Of a stretch of DNA of 64,000 bases, positions 23,852-35,599 are shown one piece after another. The first letter of the stretch is position 1. The number at the start of each line of letters is the position of its first letter. Below the pieces are notes generated by a model. The model worked only from the letters and a program-made list of their open reading frames with translations. It did no database searches and had not been told where the DNA came from. Source of the DNA: Azolla caroliniana (taxonomy: Eukaryota > Plantae > Polypodiophyta); assembly GCA_043228905.1 (NCBI GenBank), contig JBHGNT010000006.1:15314001-15378000 (forward strand). The letters run 5' to 3'. Made by a program: the position numbers and the translations under genes.

Positions 23852-24861
23852 GAAGTCTTCAAGAAGAGCACGAGCATTGGTCACATTCTCTATTGGTTCC
23901 CAAGTACGCTTGCTGGGACTATATCCTAGCCAGTCGACTAAATAGTAGAGCTTATTGCGAACAATCTTGGAATTGAGGATGGCGGCAACCTCGTACTCAG
24001 GTCCATCTTCAAGTTCGATCGGGGGTGGAGGCTGTTTAATATGACCTGGGATTGTGCTGTCTTGATAGGGTTCGAGGAGAGAACTATGAAACACCGGATG
24101 TATCCTAAGTTGTGGAGGTAGATCGAGATGAAAAGCGATATCATTAATTTTTCCGAGAATACGGAAAGGACCTAATCGCCGATAATCCAACTTCTCGCAT
24201 GGGCGAGTAGTCTTGATGTGTCGTCGAAGTAGTCATACCTGATCTCCAATGTTAAAACTGGATGGAAGCCGATGACGATCCGCGTAAACCTTGTGTGTTT
24301 GTTGAGCTTGTTGTAGATGAGTAGATAAATCCACTTGTATCTTGTGTAACTACTCCGAAGTCTTCAAGAAGAGCACGAGCATTGGTCACATTCTCTATTG
24401 GTTCCCAAGTACGCTTGCTGGGACTATATCCTAGCCAGTCGACTAAATAGTAGAGCTTATTGCGAACAATCTTGGAATTGAGGATGGCGGCAACCTCGTA
24501 CTCAGGTCCATCTTCAAGTTCGATCGGGGGTGGAGGCTGTTTAATATGACCTGGGATTGTGCTGTCTTGATAGGGTTCGAGGAGAGAACTATGAAACACC
24601 GGATGTATCCTAAGTTGTGGAGGTAGATCGAGATGAAAAGCGATATCATTAATTTTTCCGAGAATACGGAAAGGACCTAATCGCCGATAATCCAACTTCT
24701 CGCATGGGCGAGTAGTCTTGATGTGTCGTCGAAGTAGTCATACCTGATCTCCAATGTTAAAACTGGATGGAAGCCGATGACGATCCGCGTAAACCTTGTG
24801 TGTTTGTTGAGCTTGTTGTAGATGAGTAGATAAATCCACTTGTATCTTGTGTAACTACTCC
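23852..24861. repeat. 505-bp tandem duplication covering the E integrase C-terminus and chromodomain
   Basis: 23852-24356 equals 24357-24861; the ORF track gives identical translations. Confidence 0.92.
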
Positions 24862-25572
24862 AAACGATCCTCTGCGCAAGGATTTGTGGGTAACTCTGGG
24901 GTTTCAAATACACACCACCTAGGGTGACATCTCGTATAAGCATAAAATGGTGTAACCTTTGTCGATGAGTGGACAGAGTTATTATAAGAAAATTAGGCGA
25001 AGTGGAGAATATCCGCCCAATCATCTTGATGATAGCTTAGAAAGCACCGAAGACTGCTCCAATGTTTGATTTGTTCATTCTGCTTGGCCGTCTATTTGCG
25101 GGTGGTAGCCGCAGGAGAGGTTACAAGTGACATTGAGCATTTTAAAGAAGTGCTTCCAGAATTTCGAGACGAATTGGGGTCCACAATCGCTGATGATACT
25201 ATCGGGAAGGCCATGATGCCGACATACTTCATGCATGACAGTTTCGGCGGTTTCCTCATTGGAGATTTCCTTCATACATGGCAGAAAATGGGCCATCTTT
25301 GTATATTGATCTACTACTGTTAAGATCATATCGAATCCCTTAGAGACTGGAAGATCTGTGATGCAATCTAGAGCAATGGATTGCCACGGCTTGCTTGGAA
25401 TTGGTAATGGTTCTAATAAACCATATAGATGATGCCTTGGCATTTTTGCTCTGCAAAATGTATCACAAGTCCGAACAAAATCTTCGACAAATTGTCGCAT
25501 ATGGGGCCACTAGAATGATCGCTGTACTAAATCTAATGTTTTTGTACTACCAAAATGCCCAACTGTATATGT

Positions 25573-28500
25573 TGTTGAGCGGCAAGCTCAACTGGAGCCG
25601 AATCGGCTGAATAAGCTTGATCCAGCAAGCGAGACGGATCAGTAAGCTGTGAGCAACCGAGCCGGCAAGCAACAAAGCTGGTGAGCTGGGGAGCCGGTTA
25701 GTCGGATCCAATCAGTAATTGGAAGCCTAGTATTAGTGTAGACTACTAGGCAATTATAGTCTCATAGTAAGTGTCAGATGCTCGTGTGAGCATTGAAGTA
25801 CGCGGTACTTCTATCAGTCCCACGAGGACTTGTATAAATAATGCTACAGAGCATAGTTGTATTTACAGAGTGAATATATTGTTTTGAATATAACCTTTAA
25901 ATTCTGCTCTCTCTCTGACTCTCCTATGTACTCTGTGTATTCCCTACCTTCTCTGTTTTCTAACGCTTCCGCAAGTAATCGTTTACATGGTATCAGAGCG
26001 TGAGGGTTGAGAACCTCTGCAACCGACAAACGCTTGAAAGCAAACCCTAACAGGTCGTAAAACAGCACACAGAGAAGTGATGGATAGAGGGATGGCTAGC
26101 TTGCTCCTTGTGGAGAAACTCGACAGATCCAACTATGCATCTTGGTCGTATAAGATGCACCAGTACCTGCGTGGGCATGGCTATTGGAGTTTCGTCGAAG
26201 GAGCCAACGAAACAGCACCTGATGCGGCACATAAGAACTTCCCAGTGTGGGAACAATCGGCAAGCAGAGTGATGTACTGCTTCGCGTCCAGTGTCGGAGA
26301 CCAGCTACTGAGCCACATCCGAGACGCCAAGACGCTGAAGGAGGCTTGGGGGAACCTGAAGAAGGTTTTCGTCATGAGCACTACAACCCGGAAGTTGCAA
26401 CTATGAAAGGAGTTGAGCAATGTTCGACAAAAGGACATGTCAGTGGCGGATTACACGGCCCGGATCAAAGAGATTTGTGACTCGCTTGCCTCTATCAATG
26501 TTACCATAGAGGAAGACGAGATGGTACATGTCTGTCTTGGGGGCCTGGCGTCTAAGTTCAGAGCGTTCCGAACGGCGGTGTGTACAAGGGAGAATACGTT
26601 GTCATTTTTCGACTTACAGTCGATGCTCCTTGTAGAGGAGAACCACGTTGGTGCGTCAACTAGCGCACCCACTGATAGCCGGATGTTGTACACGGAGGCA
26701 AATCGGTCCCGTGGGCGTGGTGGACGAGGCGGGTCGGCACGCAATGGAGGTGGCCGGCGACACGGTAACGGGCCAGCCTTGGTAATGAAGCATGAGGTGA
26801 ACTCGATGAAGAAGACCACTTCCAAATCAGAGGAAGTGTGGTATGTTGATCCCGGTGCGTCGAACCACATGATGAGCCACAAAGAGTGGTTCTCCTTTTT
26901 GGAAAAACCGGATCAACCAAGAGTAGTCGAAACTGGAGACGACACTCCTCACCCAATCGTGCACGTCGGAGAAGTCCCTTTGAGCCATGTCGGACAGAAA
27001 GGGAAGCTGATGAACGTATTACACGTTTCAACAATCACGAAGAACCAAGTGTCGATCGGACAGATCGTCGACTAGGGGATGCTGGTGCGGTTTACGCACC
27101 TCGGGTGCTTCATCGAGGGAGAGGGCCAAATTATTGCGCAAGGGCGCAGAGACGGGAGGATGTTTATCCTCGACACCAATGAAGTCGACATCGCTCTATT
27201 TGCAAAAGGACAGAAGGTTGAATCGAACATCGACCTGTGGCACAAGCGGATAGGCCACAACAATTACCGGAGGCTTCAAGACCTACAAACGAAACAAATT
27301 GTTTTCGATTTGCCGAAGTTTAGCGGCCAGAAAGCCCAAGTATGTGAAGCCTGCCAACTCGGGAAGCAACACCAGCTTCAATTCCCTACCAAACGTAACC
27401 AGAGCCGTAACAAGCTCGACCTAATCCATTCGGATGTGTGGGGACCGGCACAGAATGTTAGTCTTGACAGGAGTCGATATTTCGTCTCCTTCATCGACGA
27501 CAATACGCGGCACACATGGATCTACCTCATTGAGCGTAAGAGTGAAGTCTTCGAGTGTTTCCAGAGTCTTGAAAGCATGGTGGAATGGGAATCGGAGAGG
27601 AAGATCAAATGCTTGCGGTCGGATGGCGGGAAAGAATACTTTTCCGGCCAATTCAACAGTTATCTACAGCAAACGGGAATTCAGCGAGAGTTCAGCTGCA
27701 GATACACACCGCAACAGAACGGTGTTTCTGAGAGGAAGAACCGGTCGCTTATCGATGCGGCAAGAGCAATACTGGAGGAGAAGAGCATGCCCAAATCCTA
27801 CTGGGCGGAGGCAGTCAGAACGGCTGTCTACATCCAGAACCGGATCGGTGACAAGGTGTCAGCTCACGAGCTGTATTTCGAGCGAAAGCCGAATTTGAGA
27901 CACCTTATGATCTTCAGTAGCATTGTATATGTGCATGTACCAGATGAGAAGTGGAGGAAGCTGGATGCAAAATCGGAAAAATGCATCCCAGTTGGCTATG
28001 CTCAAGAGCAAAAGGGTTATAAGTGTTATAACCCCCAGACAAAGCTGGTTAGAGTTAGTCAAGATGTCGAGTTTGATGAATCGGCATCGTGGTACTCCCT
28101 ACCGACTCCGACTTCCAAATCTGACTCGATGTTGGAGGATGAGGCTAGTGAGCCTGAACCGGACCAGGTAGAGGATGATGAGGCGTGGACTCAGGATGAG
28201 AGTCCGGAATCGTTCCGGTTGAGCAGGCCGAATGAGAGACTGACTCAATTTGAGCATTTGGATGAGGAACCGGCGAGTAGTGGAGACTCTGCTGTGCACT
28301 CCCTGTGCAAGGAACCGAGGAGACGGTTCACGCGCAAAGAGAAGGGGAAGAAGAAGATGCCGGAATTCGAAACCGGCAACAATGACTTGGATCGGTGTGC
28401 ATCCGACTCCGGCAAGGACAAAGGTGGATCTTCGGCAACGAAGACCGAATTGGCCAAGAAAGGCCTTAAGCCGGGTACCTGTGAGTTACATCGGTCCACC

Positions 28501-31030
28501 CGCCTGAAGGAACCCGTCAAGCGGTACGGGTACAATGAGTACATGGCGCATCACTATGCATACATGACTAAGGTGGCGGAAGTGCGTGAGCTGGAGAGCT
28601 ACGCAAAAGCGGCCAAGGACGCAAATTGGCGTGCCACTATGGAGGAAGAAATGCGGGCACTTGATGTCAACAAGACATGGGACCTGGTTGACAGTCCTCG
28701 TCACTGTAAACCGATCGGATGCAAGTGGATATACAAGGTAAAGTACAACGCTGACGATTCTGTTAACTGGTATAAAGCCCGATTAATGGCAAAGGGATAC
28801 GCGCAGACCCACGGAATCGACTACGACGAGAGCTTCGCTCCTGTAGCGAAGATGATGACGGTTTGAGTGGTGCTGGCAGTTGTTGCGGCAAGGGGGTGGC
28901 ATCTTCAACAGATGGATGTGAAGAAGAAGTCTTTATGACTCAGCCTCCCAATTTCAATCGGAGATGAACAAGTCGTTGGTATGCCGGCTGAAGAAGTCGT
29001 TGTACGGCCTGAAGCAAGCCCGTCGGACTTGGAATGTGAAGATCACGCACTGGTTGCGTAAGATGGGGTTTGTGGCCTCCAAATCCGACTCTTCATTGTT
29101 CATCCGGTCCGGTATGTATACTGTTGTATGTTGATGATCTAGTCATCACCGGACCGGGTGTTCCAGAAATCAACCGCGTCAAGTCCTAGTTGTTAGACGC
29201 ATTTGAGACGAAGAATCTAGGGGACCTTCATTATTTTCTTGGGATTGAGGTGATTCGAGCCCCCGACGGCATATTTCTCTCACAACGACATTACGCCTTA
29301 AATATGCTATACAAGTTCGGCATGACCGGATGCCGACCTATCTCCACACCCTTGGACCGGAACCAAAAGCTTCGTCCCAACTCCAGACCGGCCTGCAATG
29401 AGAAACGGTTCTGACAAATCGTCGGAAGCCTTATTTACTTGACTATCACGCGACCTGACATCAGCTATCCGGTCGGAATGATAAGTTAGTTCATGCAGAA
29501 GCCGACCCTGGAGCACCTTCAGTGAGCGCAACGAATAATGCGGTATGTCAGCGGCACCAAGGACCGGGGACTGTTATACCGGCGAGGTATAACCGAAGAG
29601 CTCGTCGGTTACACGGATGCAGACTAGGCCAACGATGCATCAGATCGCCGATCAACCTCTAGTTACATGTTTTCCCTAGGTAGCGCGGTTGTTGCGTGGA
29701 GCGGCAAAAAGCAGCCAACAGTTGTTCTGTCGAGCACTGAGGCTAAGTATCGGGGCACTACCATTGCCACCTGTGACGCCATTTGGCTTCGGCGACTGCT
29801 GCAAGACTTACGGATTGAGGTATCGACCCCGATTCTGGTCTACTGCGACAACATAAGTAGCATGCAACTCGCCAAGAACCCCGTATTCCATGCTCGCACA
29901 AAACACATAGAAGTGCACTATCACTTCGTGCGTGAGCATGTCATGAGCGATGAGGTTGAACTTCGGTATGTTCACACAGATCGGCAAGTTGCCGACATCT
30001 TCACCAAAGCACTCGGCTCGGACAAGTTGCAGCACTTCACCGAAATGCTTGGTGTTCAGCATCTCGACGTGCGACACTTGAGGGGGAGAACGAGCAAAGA
30101 CACCGGAATGGGAAAAGGGAAAGAGACTGCCGATTGCGCCAGTGAGGGAAGAATAGAAGGCGGCAGAGTCAAGAAGGATAGAGCCGACCGAAGGAAGAAG
30201 GCCAAGACCCGGACATGGTCCGATGTGGTGAAGGGCTTGGAACCAGAAGGAGAGTCCAGAGCAACCGATTTGGACAAGAGTTGGAACGAATCAGAGACAG
30301 TCGATTCGGTTCAAAAGACAGATTCGGAAGAATCGGATCAATTCAAGGCCAAGCAAACATGGATGCAGCGGAAGTCGATGCCTTCGCGGAGAAACCGATG
30401 GATCGATAAGCACCGGAGTCATAGCAGCGAAGGAGCTGAGAGGGGCCTATTGAGCAGACATACCGACCGAGAAGGTCGAGGCGCGCACAACAAAAGGGGT
30501 CGTGGCAAATAGAACTGGACCGGACAAGGAGCGCGAACAAGGCGAAGCGACACCAGGAGAAGTTGGTTGGAAGAGCCGGCTGCGACAGAGACTGACATTA
30601 AGATCCAACCTCAAGTTGAGCTTGAGGGGGAGTGTTGAGCGGCAAGCTCAAATGGAGCCGGATCGGCTGAATAAGCCTGAGCCGGCAAGCAAGACGGATC
30701 GGTAAGCTATGAACAACCGAGCCGGCAAGCAATAGAGCCAGTGAGCTGGGGAGCCGATTAGCCGGAAGCCTAGTATTAGTGTAGTCTACTAGGCAATTAT
30801 AGTCTCATAGTAAGTGTCAGATGCTCGTGTGAGCATTGAAGTACGCGGTACTTCTGTTAGTCCCACGAGGACTTGTATAAATAATGCTAATGAGCATAGT
30901 TGTATGTACAGAGTGAATATATCGTTTTGAATATAGCCTTTACGTTCTGCTCTCTCTCTGACTCTCCCGTGTACTCTGTGTATTCCCTACCTTCTCTGTT
31001 TTCTAATGCTTCCGCAAGTAATCGTTTACA
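25573..31030 (+). mobile_element. Element F: full-length Ty1/Copia inserted in the E integrase
   Basis: LTRs 25573-25987 and 30633-31030; PBS tggtatcagagc 25988-25999; PPT ttgagggggag; perfect TSD tatgt. Confidence 0.95.
26077..30512 (+). pseudogene. pol: F gag-pol polyprotein with stops and frameshifts, plus a C-terminal extension
   Basis: EKLDRSNYASWS; WYVDPGASNHM; LWHKRIGH, LIHSDVWGP, LRSDGGKEY; GCKWIYKVK; LSSTEAKY, NPVFHARTKHIEVHYHFVRE. Confidence 0.92.
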
Positions 31031-31284
31031 TATGTGTCATGACCGTTTTGGACTACTCTAAGGCGACAAGAACCATTAGGAACATACAAGAGTTTCTTAA
31101 AGAATAGTAATCCATCATGACATTCGAATTGTTGATAGTCCGTACCTGGTTGTTGCGACTGTGAACAAGATGCTCGAGAGCGATCAATTTGTGCTAGAAT
31201 GTCTTGGGTGAAAGCATCTGTCTTCAAGTCCTCACGTATGGTATCGATAATGTGGGAATCCAAGGGTATTCTGAAGACTTGCAT

Positions 31285-32184
31285 TGTCAAGAAGATTGTG
31301 GTTGTGTGTCACAACCGTTGGGGTTTTGTGACTCGGGGATGATCGGGGTGACAAGGCGTAATTGCAGATGGTGCAATGACAAGAAGTCGAGAATGACGAC
31401 AGAAAGAATTTATTTGTAAAACAACCACTTACAATATTTATTTGCCAAAAGTTACTTGAACTCACGAACTCTATTTGAGAAGAAGCGTTTGAGATAAACC
31501 ACTTCAATCTCTTTGGTTTCTATTTGTATGTCTTTCTCTTTCACTTTATATATACTAAATTTATATTACAAAACTTGATTACCAATAGAAGTGGTTCTAA
31601 GAGGATTCAAACTCATGACCTTTTGTTTACAAAGAGGTGTTTGAGATACACCACTTCAACTTCTTCCTTTTCTTGCGTTTCTTTTCTTTTCTTTAATTGT
31701 TATCTTGATTTCTGCAGGCCACCATCTTCTTTGGCGAGCTCTGCATCCCATAGCCACGCGAGCTTCTTCACTCGCTTTTCCTTCCTCTTCTTCTCCTTCT
31801 TCCCCCTGTCTTTAGCCACCATGGGCGTTGCTTATATAGGGTGGTCAACCACCCTACCACCCTCTTGAGGCAGTTGGTATTTATTATTTTTATTTTATTT
31901 TATTATTTTTATTTACTATTATTTTATTTATTGATTTTACAATTTTGATTTTGTAGTTGTACATTTGAGAAATTATAGAAATAGCCCTCATTTAATTTTG
32001 ACTCCCCCTTTTGACATAATTACATTTGTGTCTTGAGTAACATTAATCCTTCCGAAGCTTGTATGTTGGGCTCCTAAACTCCGATTCATGAACTGAAAAT
32101 TTGCATATGCTCCTCTTCACAAGTTCCACATGGGAAATTTCTTTCTATAGATTTTTGACATCGTGAAACAATAACTTCATGATA
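31285..32184. mobile_element. Solo LTR with C-family-like termini, in E pol
   Basis: Ends tgtcaagaag / cttcatgata; 4-bp TSD gcat/gcgt; E reads RLQAT|QVFRIP across it. Confidence 0.8.
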
Positions 32185-33880
32185 GCGTTGCTTGCAATCG
32201 TGCTGGTCCTAGGATTACTTGCTTTTGGTTATTGAAAGCTGGCTTGCCATCACGTGGTCCTAGATACAAGCGCCATGATAATGCATTTGCCTTCTCTTGT
32301 TGCTTCCCAGACGATATGTAATTTTGAAGTTGAAACGAATGAGGAATTGGGACCACCGAGCTTGACGTCGATTTAACACACGAGCATTCTAAAAGTAGGC
32401 AAGGTTTTTGTGGTCATTGAATACGGTGACTTGATGAGAAGATCCCTCTAAAAAATGTCTGCATTGCGTAAAAGAGTTCACTATTGCAAATAGCTCCTTA
32501 TCATGAATTTCATAGTTGATTTCGGCGGTGTCAAACTTGCGTAAGTGGAAAGCCACAAAATGGAGCTTTTCATCATCGCCTTGTTGTGACAGAATGGTAC
32601 CCAACGTGAAATCCGACGCATCTGCTTCGATGATGAATGGTTTTTCCGGGTCAATATGAGCCAAAATAGGAGCTGATGTAAATGCCTTCTTAAGACCCTC
32701 AAAAGCCATGTCTGCTTCTTCAGACCAAACGAATTGTCCCTTCCTAGTGAGTTGTGTGAGAGGCAGAACAAGCTTTGAGTAATCCTATATAAACTTGCGG
32801 TAGGAATTGGCAAAGCCTAAAAAGCATTTCACATCTCGCAACGAACACAGAGTCTACCACTGTATCACCGTTTTGACCTTAGATCGATTCATGGAGATGC
32901 CTTCCGAGGAAATGACATAGCCCTGAAATTCTACTTGGTTGCACTCGAAACTACATTTTTCTAGTGCATAAAGACCATGTTCTCGAAGTCGTTTTAGTAC
33001 TAACAGTACATGAGAATCATGCTCTTCTTGGGTCTTTGAATAAACCAATAGATCATCCAAATAGATGATAAAAAAAACATCCAAGAGATCTCGGAATATA
33101 TCATTTGCCATGTGCTGGAAGACTGTTGCCGCATTAGTGAGGCCGAATGGCATGATTGTATAGTCGAAGTGCCCATATCTGGTGCGAAATGCGGTCTTCC
33201 ATTCATCTCCTGGTCGGATCCGTAGGAGGTTATATGCTCCTCATAAGTCGATCTTTGTGAAGAACCTTGCACCATTGATCCGTTCTAAAAGACTTGAGAT
33301 AAGGGGAAATGCGTACCTATTCTTGATGGTGACCTTATTCAAGGCACCGTAATCTACGACGAGACGAAGTGATCCATCCTTTTTCTTGATGAAAAAAATG
33401 GGTGCGCCTTCTAGAGATTTTGAATGTCAAATGAAACCATTTGCGAAATTCTCCTCTATATAAGCTCGTAGGACTTCTAGCTCGGTTGGTGACAAATTCT
33501 AGATTGGTCCCCATGGTGGCTCTTTTACCGGTTGTAAATTGATGGGGCATTCATACGGTCGATGGTGAGGAAGCGTATTGGCTTGTACTTTATCGAACAC
33601 ATCGGCATAATGATGATACTTCTCTAGAAGTTGAACGGTGGAATCCTCTTTAGTGATGTTGGAGGGTTTTACTGATACTGCGAAGAGAAACATTTCTTCC
33701 TTGCGTCCTTCCTCACGCAACTGATGTAGCGAAATGGTTGCAATCTTATCAGTAGATCCTCGGGTTTGTCGATACCGGATTTCTCTTGTCCTCCAATCTA
33801 TGTCTGGGTTATGTAATTTGAACCATGGTAATCCCAAAACAATGGGATGTTTTGGGATAATAATTATATTAAAGGATACT

Positions 33881-34378
33881 TGTTGTAGGTTTTAGGGTTA
33901 GGGTTACTAATAATGATAATGATAATTGATAATGAAGATAGACATGGTGTAATAGTGGAGATGATGAATGCTATGATGGTGAGAGAGATCATGAAGATGT
34001 TGACAAGCGATTGAGAAGCACTATGGGGTGGGGGGTGGTGCCTAGAATGGCTCCACCCCCCTCCCAAGGGGGCTCGATGTTAAGGGAGAGAGAGAGAGAG
34101 AGAGAGAAAGATGTCAAAGAGAGAGAGAGCCAGAGAAATGATCCTTGTATTCATTCATTCCCCATAAGGGGCCAAATAGGTACAAAGAGGTAGATACACA
34201 AGGGTGCAAGTCCCCTTGGGCATTCACACCTAGTCACTTAATCACACCTCTTTGTATCCACCACACTCACACTTGCATTCACACTCATAATCGTATAACA
34301 TTACACATACATATCAACGTATTACATCTTTCACCCTTATCACACTTATCAATCACCCGTACATCTCGTATGGTAACA
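33881..34378. mobile_element. Solo LTR in the E protease, containing TTAGGG motifs and a (GA)n tract
   Basis: TG..CA termini, perfect 5-bp TSD atact; E reads LACVV|SFNII across it. Confidence 0.85.
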
Positions 34379-34699
34379 ATACTACACATGCTAAATTATC
34401 TAGGACAATATTAACGGGCTCTGACTCTTCTATGATATTTCCGGAAGCAATGGGATGACCATCAATGACTACTACAGAGGCTGGACACGAGAGTTTTCTT
34501 AGGGATATCTAATGAGCTTGGGCAAAATTCCTATCCATTAAGCAATAATTAGCTTCAGAATCTAGGAGTGCTAAGACATGTACTCGAGAGGTACTTTTAG
34601 TACTAATTGTTACTTGGGCTAAGAACACATTGCTAACTTGCTTAGAGGGAATAGAACCACTAATGGGCTGCATAGATTTAGGGTTGTCCAACCAAATGC

Positions 34700-35500
34700 C
34701 TCCTTTTTTGGCTGGATTTAAATGTGGTTTTTATGAGTTTTGTTCTCTTCGAGCAAGTCCTGAACTTTCTTTACCATTTCCTTCTCGTGGATGATCATTC
34801 CTTGTTGCAACAACTTCATGTGGACTCTGAACTTTGAAGTCATCTCATCAATAAGAATTGAGAGTTTATCTTCATCATGCTCATGTTGTTGTAGTTTCTA
34901 AGATCTTCAATTCTTTCATATGTAGCTTCTCTTGTACACTAGCATTAAGGCTCGTTAGTGGAGTGATAGTAAATTCTGCTTCCCTTTGGGCTTCCAAAAG
35001 AGTTGAATGTTTTGCTTTTATACATGTCGTTAAGCATTAAGGCTCTTTAGTTAAGTTATGGTAAATTTTGTTTCGGACTTTTTTGGCTTCCAAAAGAGTT
35101 AAATTTTCTGTTTTTATGCATGTCCTTAACTGTAACATTTTTTGTATTTGCTTTCTATGGATAAAAGATACTCTTGAGTATCTTGTAGCTGCTTATTTAA
35201 AGCAGTATAATCCTCATCCTCCCTGAAGGTTGACCTATTCAAAGTTTTCTGTTCTTCAATTTGCTTTAATGCATTCATATAATCTTCCTCCGCTTTTATA
35301 GTCTTTGCTCTCAACCTTTTCAGCTGCCCTTTATGTGATGTAATCACAGACTCATACCCATTATTCTCTTTTTGCAACCTGATTTTATCTCATTCAAAAA
35401 GCCAAACATTTGTTGTTAGAAGCATTGAATCTCCTCTCTTTGTGCATTATTTTCCATTTTCAGTATCTCAATTTTATTGATTTGTAGAACATAAAGAAGG
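34700..35500 (-). pseudogene. Degraded coiled-coil-like ORF remnant of unknown origin
   Basis: K/E/Q/L-rich fragments such as ORF 35126-35377; an internal ~95-bp duplication at ~34940-35125. Confidence 0.35.
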
Positions 35501-35599
35501 AAAATGCCACCCATTAAGAACAAATATTGGGATACATGTTGTCTCAATGCCACAAGAAGTCAAACAGGAAATAGGAGTTGGAATTGTAAATTTTGCAAC

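Larger units (their letters stand above)
23413..34690 (-). mobile_element. Element E: degenerate Tcn1-like chromovirus related to D, 5' part missing, with three nested insertions
   Basis: 3' LTR ~23413-23775 (starts tgtcatga on minus, same layout as the D LTR); ORF ends FKRGIVS; chromodomain, IN, RH (IIEADASD), RT (MPFGLTNA, YLDD) and PR (ALLDSEAN) fragments. The far end of the LTR is not resolved. Confidence 0.88.
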
